From Alteromonadaceae bacterium (lineage in GTDB: Bacteria > Pseudomonadota > Gammaproteobacteria > Enterobacterales > Alteromonadaceae), in the NCBI GenBank assembly GCA_041914845.1, contig JAYSCP010000004.1:184693-208692 (forward strand): DNA of 24,000 nt, in the 5' to 3' direction. The position numbers were made by a program, and so were the translations under genes. Below are positions 16,537 through 24,000 of the stretch, in pieces (position 1 is the first letter of the stretch; every line of letters starts with the position of its first letter). The notes under the pieces were generated by a model. It had not been told where the DNA came from. It saw only the letters and a list, made by a program, of their open reading frames with translations, and ran no database searches.

Positions 16537-17061
16537 ATGAAAAGCATAGAAATTGACGATGATTTGTACCACTACATCGCGAGTCAAACTCAACGGATCG
16601 GTGAAAGCGCTTCGGAAATATTGCGTCGTTTGTTGTTAAATTCATCAACACCGCAGGCTGACGCAGAAACTTCAATTGCAGAACCAATCGTTGCTGCCAC
16701 AGTCACTGAAACTTCATCAACAGGCCAAAAGGTGTTTGATATCCTATCAAAACAGGATTTACAGGCCGAACTGAGTGTTGTTGGTCGTTTTTTAGTGATT
16801 TTGTCTGCATTAGCGCGTGCCCACAAAACAAACTTTGCGAGCGTTTTGGAGATAAAAGGGCGTAATCGCGTTTATTTTGGCCGAAATGAAAGCGACCTGC
16901 TTGAAGCTGGCAGTAGTACTAATCCAAAACAAATTCCAAATAGTGAATTTTGGGTGATTACTAACTCTAATACAACGCGTAAGAAAATGATGTTAACGGA
17001 AGCAGCACTTAAACTCGGCTACAGTTCTGATGAGGCCGAACTTATTCGCGACTTTTTGTAA
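16537..17061 (+). CDS. seqA: Replication-initiation negative regulator SeqA
   Basis: MKSIEIDDDLYHYIASQTQRIGESASEILRRLL matches E. coli [33 protein letters not shown]. The C-terminal domain has RVYFGRNESDLL...EFWVITNSNTTRK. It lies directly upstream of pgm, as in E. coli. Confidence 0.9.
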   Translation: MKSIEIDDDLYHYIASQTQRIGESASEILRRLLLNSSTPQADAETSIAEPIVAATVTETSSTGQKVFDILSKQDLQAELSVVGRFLVILSALARAHKTNFASVLEIKGRNRVYFGRNESDLLEAGSSTNPKQIPNSEFWVITNSNTTRKKMMLTEAALKLGYSSDEAELIRDFL

Positions 17062-17100
17062 TTGTAATTGTTTTAAGTTCTAAAATTAAAAGGATGTGAA

Positions 17101-18753
17101 ATGTCGATCCATGCATTAGCGGGCCAAATTGCGCCTACGAGTTTTTTGGAAAATATCCCTGCGCTCTGTGCAAGCTACTATAACTTGGTTCCTGATATTT
17201 CAAAGCCTGCCCAACGTGTCTCATTTGGCACATCAGGACACCGTGGTGTTGCCAATGATGCTTCGTTCAATGAAGCCCATATTATGGCAATTTGCCAAGC
17301 TGTCGCTGAATATCGGCAAGGGCAAGGGATTGTTGGTCCGATGTTCCTTGGTAAAGATACTCACGCCTTATCTGAACCAGCATTTCGCACTGCTTTGCAA
17401 GTCCTGACTGCTAATCAAGTCACGGTGATGGTTCAAACCGGTGGCGGATTTACCCCAACACCTGTTATTTCGCATGCAATTTTAACTTATAACAAAAGCA
17501 AGAATGAAGGCTTCGCTGACGGCTTAATTATTACACCATCTCATAACCCTCCGTCTGACGGTGGTATTAAATACAACCCACCTCATGGCGGGCCGGCAGA
17601 TAGCGACGCCACGGGCTGGATTGAAAAGCGTGCAAATCAGCTTATTACGGAAAAATTGCAATCGGTTAAATATGTTTCGTACACAGACGCCTTATCTTCG
17701 CAATTCCTAGTTTCATATGACTATGTCCAACCTTACGTACAAGATTTAATTAATGTCATTGATATGCAGGCAATTAAAGACGCAGGAGTGCAAATTGGCG
17801 TTGACCCATTAGGGGGTTCTGGAATTGCATTTTGGCCTGAGATAGCAAAGACCTACCAACTTGATATTACCTTGGTCAATGACAAAGTCGACCCTGCATT
17901 TGCCTTCATGCCATTGGACAAAGACGGCAAAATCCGAATGGACTGCAGTTCTCCATATTCAATGGCAAACCTAATCAAGCTCAAAGATAAGTTCGATATC
18001 GGTATAGGGAACGATCCCGATTTCGACCGACACGGTATAGTCACTCGACTTGGTGGTTTATTAAACCCAAACCACTATCTTGCTATCGCCATCAACTATT
18101 TATTGGCAAATCGCCCACAGTGGACCACTGACAAGAAAATCGGCAAAACATTAGTCTCAAGTGCATTGATTGATCGGGTTGTTGCTGGTCGAAGCCGGGA
18201 ACTTTATGAAGTGCCAGTCGGATTTAAGTGGTTTGTTGATGGTCTTCATCAGGGTAGCTTGGTATTCGGCGGTGAAGAAAGTGCAGGTGCTAGTTTTTTA
18301 CGCTTAGATGGTACTGTTTGGTCAACAGACAAAGATGGCTTCATTCTAGGTCTACTGGCAGCAGAAATTTTTGCCAAAACCGGCAAAGATCCTTACGCGT
18401 TATATTTAGAATTAACTGAAGAATTTGGCGCGCCCATTTACAAAAGGTTAGATGCAACCGCTTCGTTAGCGCAAAAAGCAGCGTTAAAACAATTAGATGT
18501 CGCAAGTGTTTCGCAGACCGAACTTGCAGGAGATGCCATTTTAGCTGTGATGACTAAAGCACCAGGGAATAATGCTGATATCGGTGGTGTCAAAGTGGTC
18601 ACACGGAATGGCTGGTTCGCAGCACGACCATCAGGTACTGAAAACAGCTACAAGATTTATTTAGAAAGTTTCGTGGATGCTGAACACCTCGATTTATTGG
18701 AGCTAGATGCTAAAAACTTTGTTCAAGCGGTGTTTGAAAAAATAACAGAGTAA
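17101..18753 (+). CDS. pgm: Phosphoglucomutase (alpha-D-glucose phosphate-specific)
   Basis: Phosphoserine loop [15 protein letters not shown], metal loop [10 protein letters not shown], sugar loop GGEESAG and phosphate-binding RPSGTE are all present. The SD is AAGGATG. Confidence 0.95.
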   Translation: MSIHALAGQIAPTSFLENIPALCASYYNLVPDISKPAQRVSFGTSGHRGVANDASFNEAHIMAICQAVAEYRQGQGIVGPMFLGKDTHALSEPAFRTALQVLTANQVTVMVQTGGGFTPTPVISHAILTYNKSKNEGFADGLIITPSHNPPSDGGIKYNPPHGGPADSDATGWIEKRANQLITEKLQSVKYVSYTDALSSQFLVSYDYVQPYVQDLINVIDMQAIKDAGVQIGVDPLGGSGIAFWPEIAKTYQLDITLVNDKVDPAFAFMPLDKDGKIRMDCSSPYSMANLIKLKDKFDIGIGNDPDFDRHGIVTRLGGLLNPNHYLAIAINYLLANRPQWTTDKKIGKTLVSSALIDRVVAGRSRELYEVPVGFKWFVDGLHQGSLVFGGEESAGASFLRLDGTVWSTDKDGFILGLLAAEIFAKTGKDPYALYLELTEEFGAPIYKRLDATASLAQKAALKQLDVASVSQTELAGDAILAVMTKAPGNNADIGGVKVVTRNGWFAARPSGTENSYKIYLESFVDAEHLDLLELDAKNFVQAVFEKITE

Positions 18754-18815
18754 AGTCAAGTGTATGCATTCGTATGTAATTCAATTACACGAACAGGCCA
18801 ATTTTCGCTGATTTC

Positions 18816-18844
18816 TTGACGTAGTGCGGATGTTTCTGTAATTT
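18816..18844 (+). promoter_or_regulatory. Candidate sigma70 promoter for glgP (TTGACG-17 nt-TAATTT)
   Basis: The -35 is TTGACG (18816-18821). A 17-nt spacer leads to the -10 TAATTT (18839-18844), about 100 nt upstream of the glgP ATG. Identified by eye only. Confidence 0.3.
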
Positions 18845-18943
18845 TACTACAAGATTAGTCACTGTAGGCCTTGAATAACCTTCAAGGCCTGCTGCCACAG
18901 CCGCAAATTCGGCTGTTTGAATCAGACAAACTGGAAAAAACAC

Positions 18944-21445
18944 ATGAGCAAAACATCGGTTACCAATCAACAAACAGGCGTAGCAGTTGCAAAACTACCC
19001 ACCGCCGCGGAATTGAAAGAGAAAATCATTCGGCACCTGTATGGAACTTTGGGTACTGATGTCAACAAAGCCAGTCCACAAGCTTGGTGGCGCGCTACAT
19101 GTGCTGCTATTAACGAATATGTGTATGACGGTTTACGCACAACCCAGCGCACGCATTACCAGCAAAATACTAGGGCTGTGCACTATTTTAGTCTTGAGTA
19201 TCTGATGGGTAGGCTTTTTAGCAACAACCTGCACAATTTAGGTTGTTACGAAATCGCCAAACAAGCACTCAGTGAACTGGGTTTAGATATCGCCGATCTT
19301 GAAGAACAAGAAGAGGATATGGCGCTTGGCAATGGTGGCTTAGGCCGCTTGGCAGCTTGCTTCATCGACTCGATGGCGACATTAAACTATCCTGCAATTG
19401 GTTACGGAATTCATTACGAACACGGCCTGTTCAAACAAGAATTCCAGCATGGTTTTCAAATCGAACGACCTGACAGTTGGCGTGAATACGGCAATCCGTG
19501 GGAAATTTGTCGCCCTGAATCTGTCCAAGAAATTTCAGTTTATGGCTATGTGGAAACTGTCTACGATTTACAAGGTAACATGAAAAAGGTATGGCACCCT
19601 GGCCGTATTATCAAAGCGGTTCCTTGGGATATTCCTATTGTTGGTTATAACGGTAGCTCAGTGAATGTGCTTCGGTTATGGGAAAGTCGTGCCAGTGATT
19701 TCTTCAATTGGGACGTATTTAACTCTGGCGGTTATGTCGACGCTGCACGTGAGAATATTGAAGCCGAAACTATCTCCAAAGTTTTATATCCAAACGATGA
19801 AACTGAAGCAGGTAAAGAATTACGCTTAATCCAGCAATATTTCTTCTGCTCAAGTTCCTTAAAAGACATTATTCGTCGTTATAAACGCGCACAGGGCGAT
19901 GATTGGTCGAAATTCAGCCAACAGGTCGCTATCCAACTCAACGATACGCATCCAGCAGTTGCCATCCCAGAATTAATGCGAATTCTGGTTGACCGCGCTG
20001 AAATGAGCTGGGATGAAGCTTGGAATATTTGTCAGCACGTTTTTGCTTACACCAACCATACCTTGTTGCCTGAAGCCCTTGAACGTTGGCCGGTGCGCTT
20101 GTTTGAAAAAGTACTACCACGACACATCGAAATTATTTATGAAATCAACCGTCGCTTCTTGGTTGAGCAAGTTGATGTGAAATGGCCTGGCGATGTCGAG
20201 AAAAAACGTAAATTATCAATTATTGAAGAAGGCCATGAACCAATGGTTCGCATGGGCCATCTGTCAGTCGTTGGCTCTTTCCGTGTCAATGGTGTCGCTC
20301 AGGTTCACTCAGATTTAGTGAAGTCAGATTTATTTCCAGAAATGGTCGCGTTGTGGCCGGATAAATTTACCAATATTACCAACGGCGTGACACCACGTCG
20401 TTGGTTAAAAGCTTGTAATCCAAGACTATCAAAGCTTTTGGATAACACTATCGGTAAAGAGTGGCCAACGCGTTTAACCGACTTGGCAAAATTGAAAGCC
20501 TATGCTGATGATCCACAGATGCAAGATGCATTTATGGCAATTAAGCAACAGAACAAAGCGGATCTTGCCCTTGAGGTTAAACGTTTAACTGGAGTTGATA
20601 TAGATCCGCATGCGTTATTTGATGTTCAAATTAAACGACTCCACGAATACAAACGTCAGCATTTGAACTTACTACACATCTTGGCCCTTTACCGTCGCAT
20701 TCTGCAGAATCCGGATTACGATATGGTTCCGCGCGTATTTTTGTTTGGAGCAAAAGCGGCACCAGGCTACAAATTAGCGAAAGAAATCATTTACGCGGTC
20801 AATAAAATTGCCGATAAGATCAATAACGATAAACGGGTAAAAAACCGCATCAAAGTGGTATTTATGCCAAATTATCGGGTTAGTTTAGCGGAAAAAATGA
20901 TTCCAGCAGCTGACGTTTCTGAGCAAATTTCAACTGCAGGTAAAGAAGCATCAGGTACAGGCAACATGAAGCTTGCGCTCAATGGTGCAGTCACCGTCGG
21001 CACTATGGATGGCGCTAATATTGAAATTGCTGAAGAAGTAGGTTTAGACAATATTGCGATTTTCGGCTTGTCAGTTGACGAAGTAAAAACGCTTTACCGT
21101 GATGGCTATAGTAGTTGGGATTATTACTCAAATGACCCAGAGCTAAAAGCAATTTTAGACTGGTTAGAAACTGACTACTTTACTCCGGGAAAACCAGGTG
21201 AGCTTGCGGCGATTAAACGCAGTCTGCTCGAAGGTGGTGACCATTATCTGGTACTCGCTGATTTTGCGTCTTACTTAGAAGCACAGCAAAAGATCGATAC
21301 ATGGTATCGTGATAAATCTGGTTGGGCGAAGAAGGCAATTCTGAACACTGCCAGCGTCAGTAAATTCACATCAGATCGTTCAATCGAAGACTATGTAGAA
21401 CGAGTTTGGCAGCTAACCCCATGTACTGTGATTTCTAAAGACTAA
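18944..21445 (+). CDS. glgP: Glycogen/maltodextrin phosphorylase (GT35)
   Basis: LGNGGLGRLAACFIDS and the PLP-lysine motif EASGTGNMKLALNGA are present, with full-length similarity to alpha-glucan phosphorylases. The ATG at 18944 is preferred over the track's TTG at 18917. Confidence 0.93.
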   Translation: MSKTSVTNQQTGVAVAKLPTAAELKEKIIRHLYGTLGTDVNKASPQAWWRATCAAINEYVYDGLRTTQRTHYQQNTRAVHYFSLEYLMGRLFSNNLHNLGCYEIAKQALSELGLDIADLEEQEEDMALGNGGLGRLAACFIDSMATLNYPAIGYGIHYEHGLFKQEFQHGFQIERPDSWREYGNPWEICRPESVQEISVYGYVETVYDLQGNMKKVWHPGRIIKAVPWDIPIVGYNGSSVNVLRLWESRASDFFNWDVFNSGGYVDAARENIEAETISKVLYPNDETEAGKELRLIQQYFFCSSSLKDIIRRYKRAQGDDWSKFSQQVAIQLNDTHPAVAIPELMRILVDRAEMSWDEAWNICQHVFAYTNHTLLPEALERWPVRLFEKVLPRHIEIIYEINRRFLVEQVDVKWPGDVEKKRKLSIIEEGHEPMVRMGHLSVVGSFRVNGVAQVHSDLVKSDLFPEMVALWPDKFTNITNGVTPRRWLKACNPRLSKLLDNTIGKEWPTRLTDLAKLKAYADDPQMQDAFMAIKQQNKADLALEVKRLTGVDIDPHALFDVQIKRLHEYKRQHLNLLHILALYRRILQNPDYDMVPRVFLFGAKAAPGYKLAKEIIYAVNKIADKINNDKRVKNRIKVVFMPNYRVSLAEKMIPAADVSEQISTAGKEASGTGNMKLALNGAVTVGTMDGANIEIAEEVGLDNIAIFGLSVDEVKTLYRDGYSSWDYYSNDPELKAILDWLETDYFTPGKPGELAAIKRSLLEGGDHYLVLADFASYLEAQQKIDTWYRDKSGWAKKAILNTASVSKFTSDRSIEDYVERVWQLTPCTVISKD

Positions 21446-21461
21446 TTTAGTCTAGTCAACG

Positions 21462-21493
21462 AAGCCGCTGCATGTCAGCGGCTTTATTTTTTA
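21462..21493 (+). terminator. Rho-independent terminator after glgP
   Basis: Stem AAGCCGCTG (21462-21470) pairs with CAGCGGCTT (21476-21484) around loop CATGT. TATTTTTTAT follows. Confidence 0.8.
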
Positions 21494-21606
21494 TAAAATT
21501 CAGTTCATCTCTGGACACATGTTGTTACAGACATTTTTGCGGCCATGCTAGAATTTCCTAGTAACCATCCCCATCATGATAGTAACTAACTTAGAAGAGT
21601 ATTGTT

Positions 21607-21948
21607 ATGAGCCAACAGTGGCGACAGAATAGCCAAGGGTTTCGCATGAAATTTAAAAACCAAAGCACATTTGGTAGTGTCATTACCATACTAGCTTTAT
21701 TAGCTGGTGCCGCTTTATTACTGGTGGTAGGGGTATGGATTTTTTTCATTTTATTGACGCTCGGTGTGTTACTTCTGCCTTGGCTATGGTGGAAACGACG
21801 TAAACTTATCCAGCGTATGCAAGCACAAGCCGCTGCTTACCAAAATGCGACGGCCAACCATGGGAATACCAGTGCAACAGGTGGGCGAGTTTATGAAGGC
21901 GAGATTATTGCAACAGAGGTTATTGAGCACCAACGTAAAACTGAATAA
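21607..21948 (+). CDS. Small hypothetical membrane protein (two predicted TM helices)
   Basis: The hydrophobic stretch FGSVITILALLAGAALLLVVGVWIFFILLTLGVLLLPWLWW is followed by the basic KRRK, consistent with positive-inside topology. GAAGAG lies 8 nt before the ATG. I recognise no family. The overlapping ORF 21764..21982 in another frame looks less protein-like. Confidence 0.45.
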   Translation: MSQQWRQNSQGFRMKFKNQSTFGSVITILALLAGAALLLVVGVWIFFILLTLGVLLLPWLWWKRRKLIQRMQAQAAAYQNATANHGNTSATGGRVYEGEIIATEVIEHQRKTE

Positions 21949-22032
21949 AAACCAAAAGAACTGGCTTTCGACGCTTAAATAGTTAGCTGTGGCAATGGTA
22001 TACTCGTGTATCTTCAGCCAAGTTTGATGTTT

Positions 22033-24000
22033 ATGATCCCAAAGTTAGCTCCTGAGCAGTTATTAGACACAACGGTCGTCAGTTTTTGTCGGTCACTACA
22101 AGAAGCCGGTTTTGCCGGTGATATCGAAACAAGCTATGCCTCAAGGCTCGCGGTTGCTACAGATAATAGTGTCTATCAGCAATTACCGCAGGCTGTTTTG
22201 TTACCAAAACATCAAGCAGATATCGTCCTCTTTACTGAACTTGCAAATAGATCTGAGTTTGCTCAGCTCAAATTTGCTCCTAGGGGCGGTGGTACAGGAA
22301 CAAATGGACAAGCATTAACACAGCATGTCGTAGTAGATTTATCTCGGCATATGCGCGGGATTGTTGAATTTAATGCCGAGCAACGCTGGGTCAGAGTGCA
22401 AGCTGGGGTCATTAAAGATCAACTAAATGCGTTTTTAAAACCCTTCGGTTTCTTTTTTGCGCCTGATTTATCCACCTCTAATCGAGCGACTATCGGTGGC
22501 ATGATTAATACCGACGCCTCAGGGCAAGGTTCACTTGTGTATGGTAAAACTAGTGACCATGTTTTATCACTTACCACGGTTTTGGTTGATGGTACTGTGT
22601 TACAAACCTGTCCCATCAGTAAACAAGCTGCAGAACTAAAAGCTACTGAAAACTCAGTTGAAGGTCGCATTTATCAGCAGGCTTTAGCAACCTGTACTGA
22701 TTATCGTGCGCAGATTTTACAGAAATTTCCACGACTCAATCGCTTTTTGACAGGCTATGATCTAGAACATGTCTGGAATGACACCCTGACACAATTTGAT
22801 TTATCAAGATTAATAACAGGTTCTGAAGGCTCATTAGGGTTTGTTACTGAAGCTGTGTTAAATGTTACCCCGATAGCACGATTTAAAACCTTAATTAATG
22901 TCAAATACGATAGCTTTGAAAGTGCATTACGCAACGCGCCTTTTTTGGTCGCCGCTCGAGCCACATCTGTTGAAACTGTTGATTCTAAAGTCCTTGATCT
23001 AGCAAGATGTGATATTGTTTGGCATCAAGTCAAAGCATCCATAGAGGATGTTCCAGGCAAAACCATGCTTGGTCTTAATGTGGTTGAGTTTAACGACGAA
23101 GACCAAGTGCAAATGCACGAGAAGGTGTCGAACTTAGTTTCGCGCTTAGAGCACGCGGTTGAGAATGGCGAAAGCGGAATTATCGGTTTTCAGGTTACCA
23201 GTGATGAGCGGGCAATTTCACAAATTTATACCATGCGGAAAAAGGCCGTCGGTCTTTTAGGCAACGCGAAAGGGCAGCGCAAACCACTGCCGTTTGCAGA
23301 GGACACCGCAGTACCTCCGGAGAATCTAGCAGATTTTATAATGGAATTTCGTGCTTTGCTGGACTCAGAGCAACTCAGTTATGGGATGTTTGGCCACGTT
23401 GATGCAGGTGTGTTACACGTTCGACCTGCACTTGATATGTGCGATCCACAAGATGAAAAACTACTGCGAAAAATTTCCGACGGCGTGGTTGCTCTTACGG
23501 CAAAATATGGCGGTTTAATGTGGGGAGAACACGGCAAAGGTTATCGTAGCGAATATGGTCCAGCTTTTTTTGGTGACGAGCTTTTTGCCCAGTTAAGACA
23601 CATCAAAGCGGTATTTGACCCGCATAACAGAATGAACCCTGGCAAAATTTGTACGCCTTGGCAATCCACCGATAGCCTGGTCAGCGTCGATGGCCAAAAG
23701 CGCGGTTATTTTGATCAGCAAATTCCAATCCAAGTTCGCCAAAGTTTTGAAGCTGCGACAAGTTGTAATGGCAATGGCTTGTGTTTCAATTATGAAGAAA
23801 ACTCGCCAATGTGTCCGTCGAGCAAAATAACTAAGGATCGCCGTCACAGCCCGAAAGGTCGGGCCGGATTAATGCGTGAATGGCTGCGTTTAATGCAAAA
23901 TCAAGGGGTTGATGTCATTGCGCAAGAGCAGCAATTGTTAGCAGGTGTGGGACAAACATCTTGGTGGCAAAAGCTTAAGAATACTTGGGCAAAACAACAA
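22033..24000 (+). CDS. ydiJ: FAD-binding / Fe-S oxidoreductase, YdiJ-like (D-2-hydroxyglutarate dehydrogenase family), 3'-truncated by the window edge
   Basis: Not in the ORF track because the window contains no stop. Hand translation in frame 1 gives MIPKLAPEQLL...SYASRLAVATDNSVYQQLPQAVLLP...APRGGGTGTNGQAL...STSNRATIGGMINTDASGQGSLVYGKTSDHVL...RFLTGYDL...VETVDSKVLDLA...FGHVDAGVLHVRPALDMCDP...NGNGLCFN...HSPKGRAGLMREWLRL. This is colinear with E. coli YdiJ as I recall it. The frame is open through nt 24000. Confidence 0.88.
   Translation, partial: MIPKLAPEQLLDTTVVSFCRSLQEAGFAGDIETSYASRLAVATDNSVYQQLPQAVLLPKHQADIVLFTELANRSEFAQLKFAPRGGGTGTNGQALTQHVVVDLSRHMRGIVEFNAEQRWVRVQAGVIKDQLNAFLKPFGFFFAPDLSTSNRATIGGMINTDASGQGSLVYGKTSDHVLSLTTVLVDGTVLQTCPISKQAAELKATENSVEGRIYQQALATCTDYRAQILQKFPRLNRFLTGYDLEHVWNDTLTQFDLSRLITGSEGSLGFVTEAVLNVTPIARFKTLINVKYDSFESALRNAPFLVAARATSVETVDSKVLDLARCDIVWHQVKASIEDVPGKTMLGLNVVEFNDEDQVQMHEKVSNLVSRLEHAVENGESGIIGFQVTSDERAISQIYTMRKKAVGLLGNAKGQRKPLPFAEDTAVPPENLADFIMEFRALLDSEQLSYGMFGHVDAGVLHVRPALDMCDPQDEKLLRKISDGVVALTAKYGGLMWGEHGKGYRSEYGPAFFGDELFAQLRHIKAVFDPHNRMNPGKICTPWQSTDSLVSVDGQKRGYFDQQIPIQVRQSFEAATSCNGNGLCFNYEENSPMCPSSKITKDRRHSPKGRAGLMREWLRLMQNQGVDVIAQEQQLLAGVGQTSWWQKLKNTWAKQQ

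Noticed and set aside
16424-16826. Minus-strand ORFs 16424..16687 and 16590..16826.
   Set aside because: They overlap the ybfF/seqA promoter region and the well-supported seqA coding sequence in antisense.
17129-18044. ORFs 17129..17407 (+) and 17853..18044 (-).
   Set aside because: They are out of frame or antisense within pgm.
18785-20120. ORFs 18785..18973 (-), 18871..19059 (+), 18967..19152 (-), 19398..19583 (+) and 19938..20120 (-).
   Set aside because: They span the structured pgm-glgP spacer or lie inside glgP in wrong frames. None has an SD or a motif.
21764-23847. ORFs 21764..21982 (+), 22112..22318 (+), 22419..22670 (-), 22755..22964 (-) and 23593..23847 (-).
   Set aside because: The first overlaps the more protein-like 2-TM ORF in another frame. 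The rest are shadows of the ydiJ-like frame-1 reading frame.
1-24000. Searched for a novel or accessory system: defence genes, toxin-antitoxin pairs, CRISPR repeats, transposases or integrases, phage genes, tRNA/rRNA, and long direct or inverted repeats.
   Set aside because: Every long ORF has a confident housekeeping assignment or is a small isolated hypothetical. I saw no spaced repeat array, no recombinase-like ORF and no tRNA-like cloverleaf in the intergenic regions. The gene order matches conserved core synteny. I cannot support a claim of a new system.

Overview
This looks like an ordinary core-chromosome window from a gammaproteobacterium. The species cannot be named from the sequence alone. 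Nearly all of it is respiration and central-metabolism housekeeping.

Gene order:
- A 5'-truncated periplasmic-propeller/Y_Y_Y sensor diguanylate cyclase (+).
- A contiguous cydA-cydB-cydX-cydD-cydC cluster (-) for cytochrome bd oxidase and its ABC assembly exporter.
- ETF-ubiquinone oxidoreductase (-), divergent from etfB-etfA (+).
- A Cys-rich putative lipoprotein (+).
- fur (-), then a two-gene plus-strand pair (hotdog-fold DUF4442-like and VOC/glyoxalase-like).
- fldA, ybfE, a DUF2788-like gene and ybfF (all -), then seqA-pgm (+). This block follows the E. coli fur-fldA-ybfE-ybfF/seqA-pgm synteny.
- glgP (+), a small 2-TM protein (+), and a 3'-truncated ydiJ-like FAD/Fe-S oxidoreductase (+).

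The ORF track misses three things: the 35-codon cydX, the open-ended ydiJ-like gene at the right edge, and the open reading frame that continues upstream of the first ORF to the left edge.

I see no tRNA or rRNA, CRISPR array, transposase, integrase, phage gene or recognisable defence or toxin system. I cannot honestly point to a novel biological system here.

The items most worth a second look are regulatory or structural:
- A perfect 18-bp palindrome carrying back-to-back TTGACG hexamers between the divergent ETF genes.
- An FNR/CRP-type box upstream of cydA.
- The fused cydABX-cydDC arrangement.
- A two-gene insertion inside the fur-fldA synteny.
- A 15-bp perfect hairpin without a U-tract.
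- A structured pgm-glgP intergenic region.
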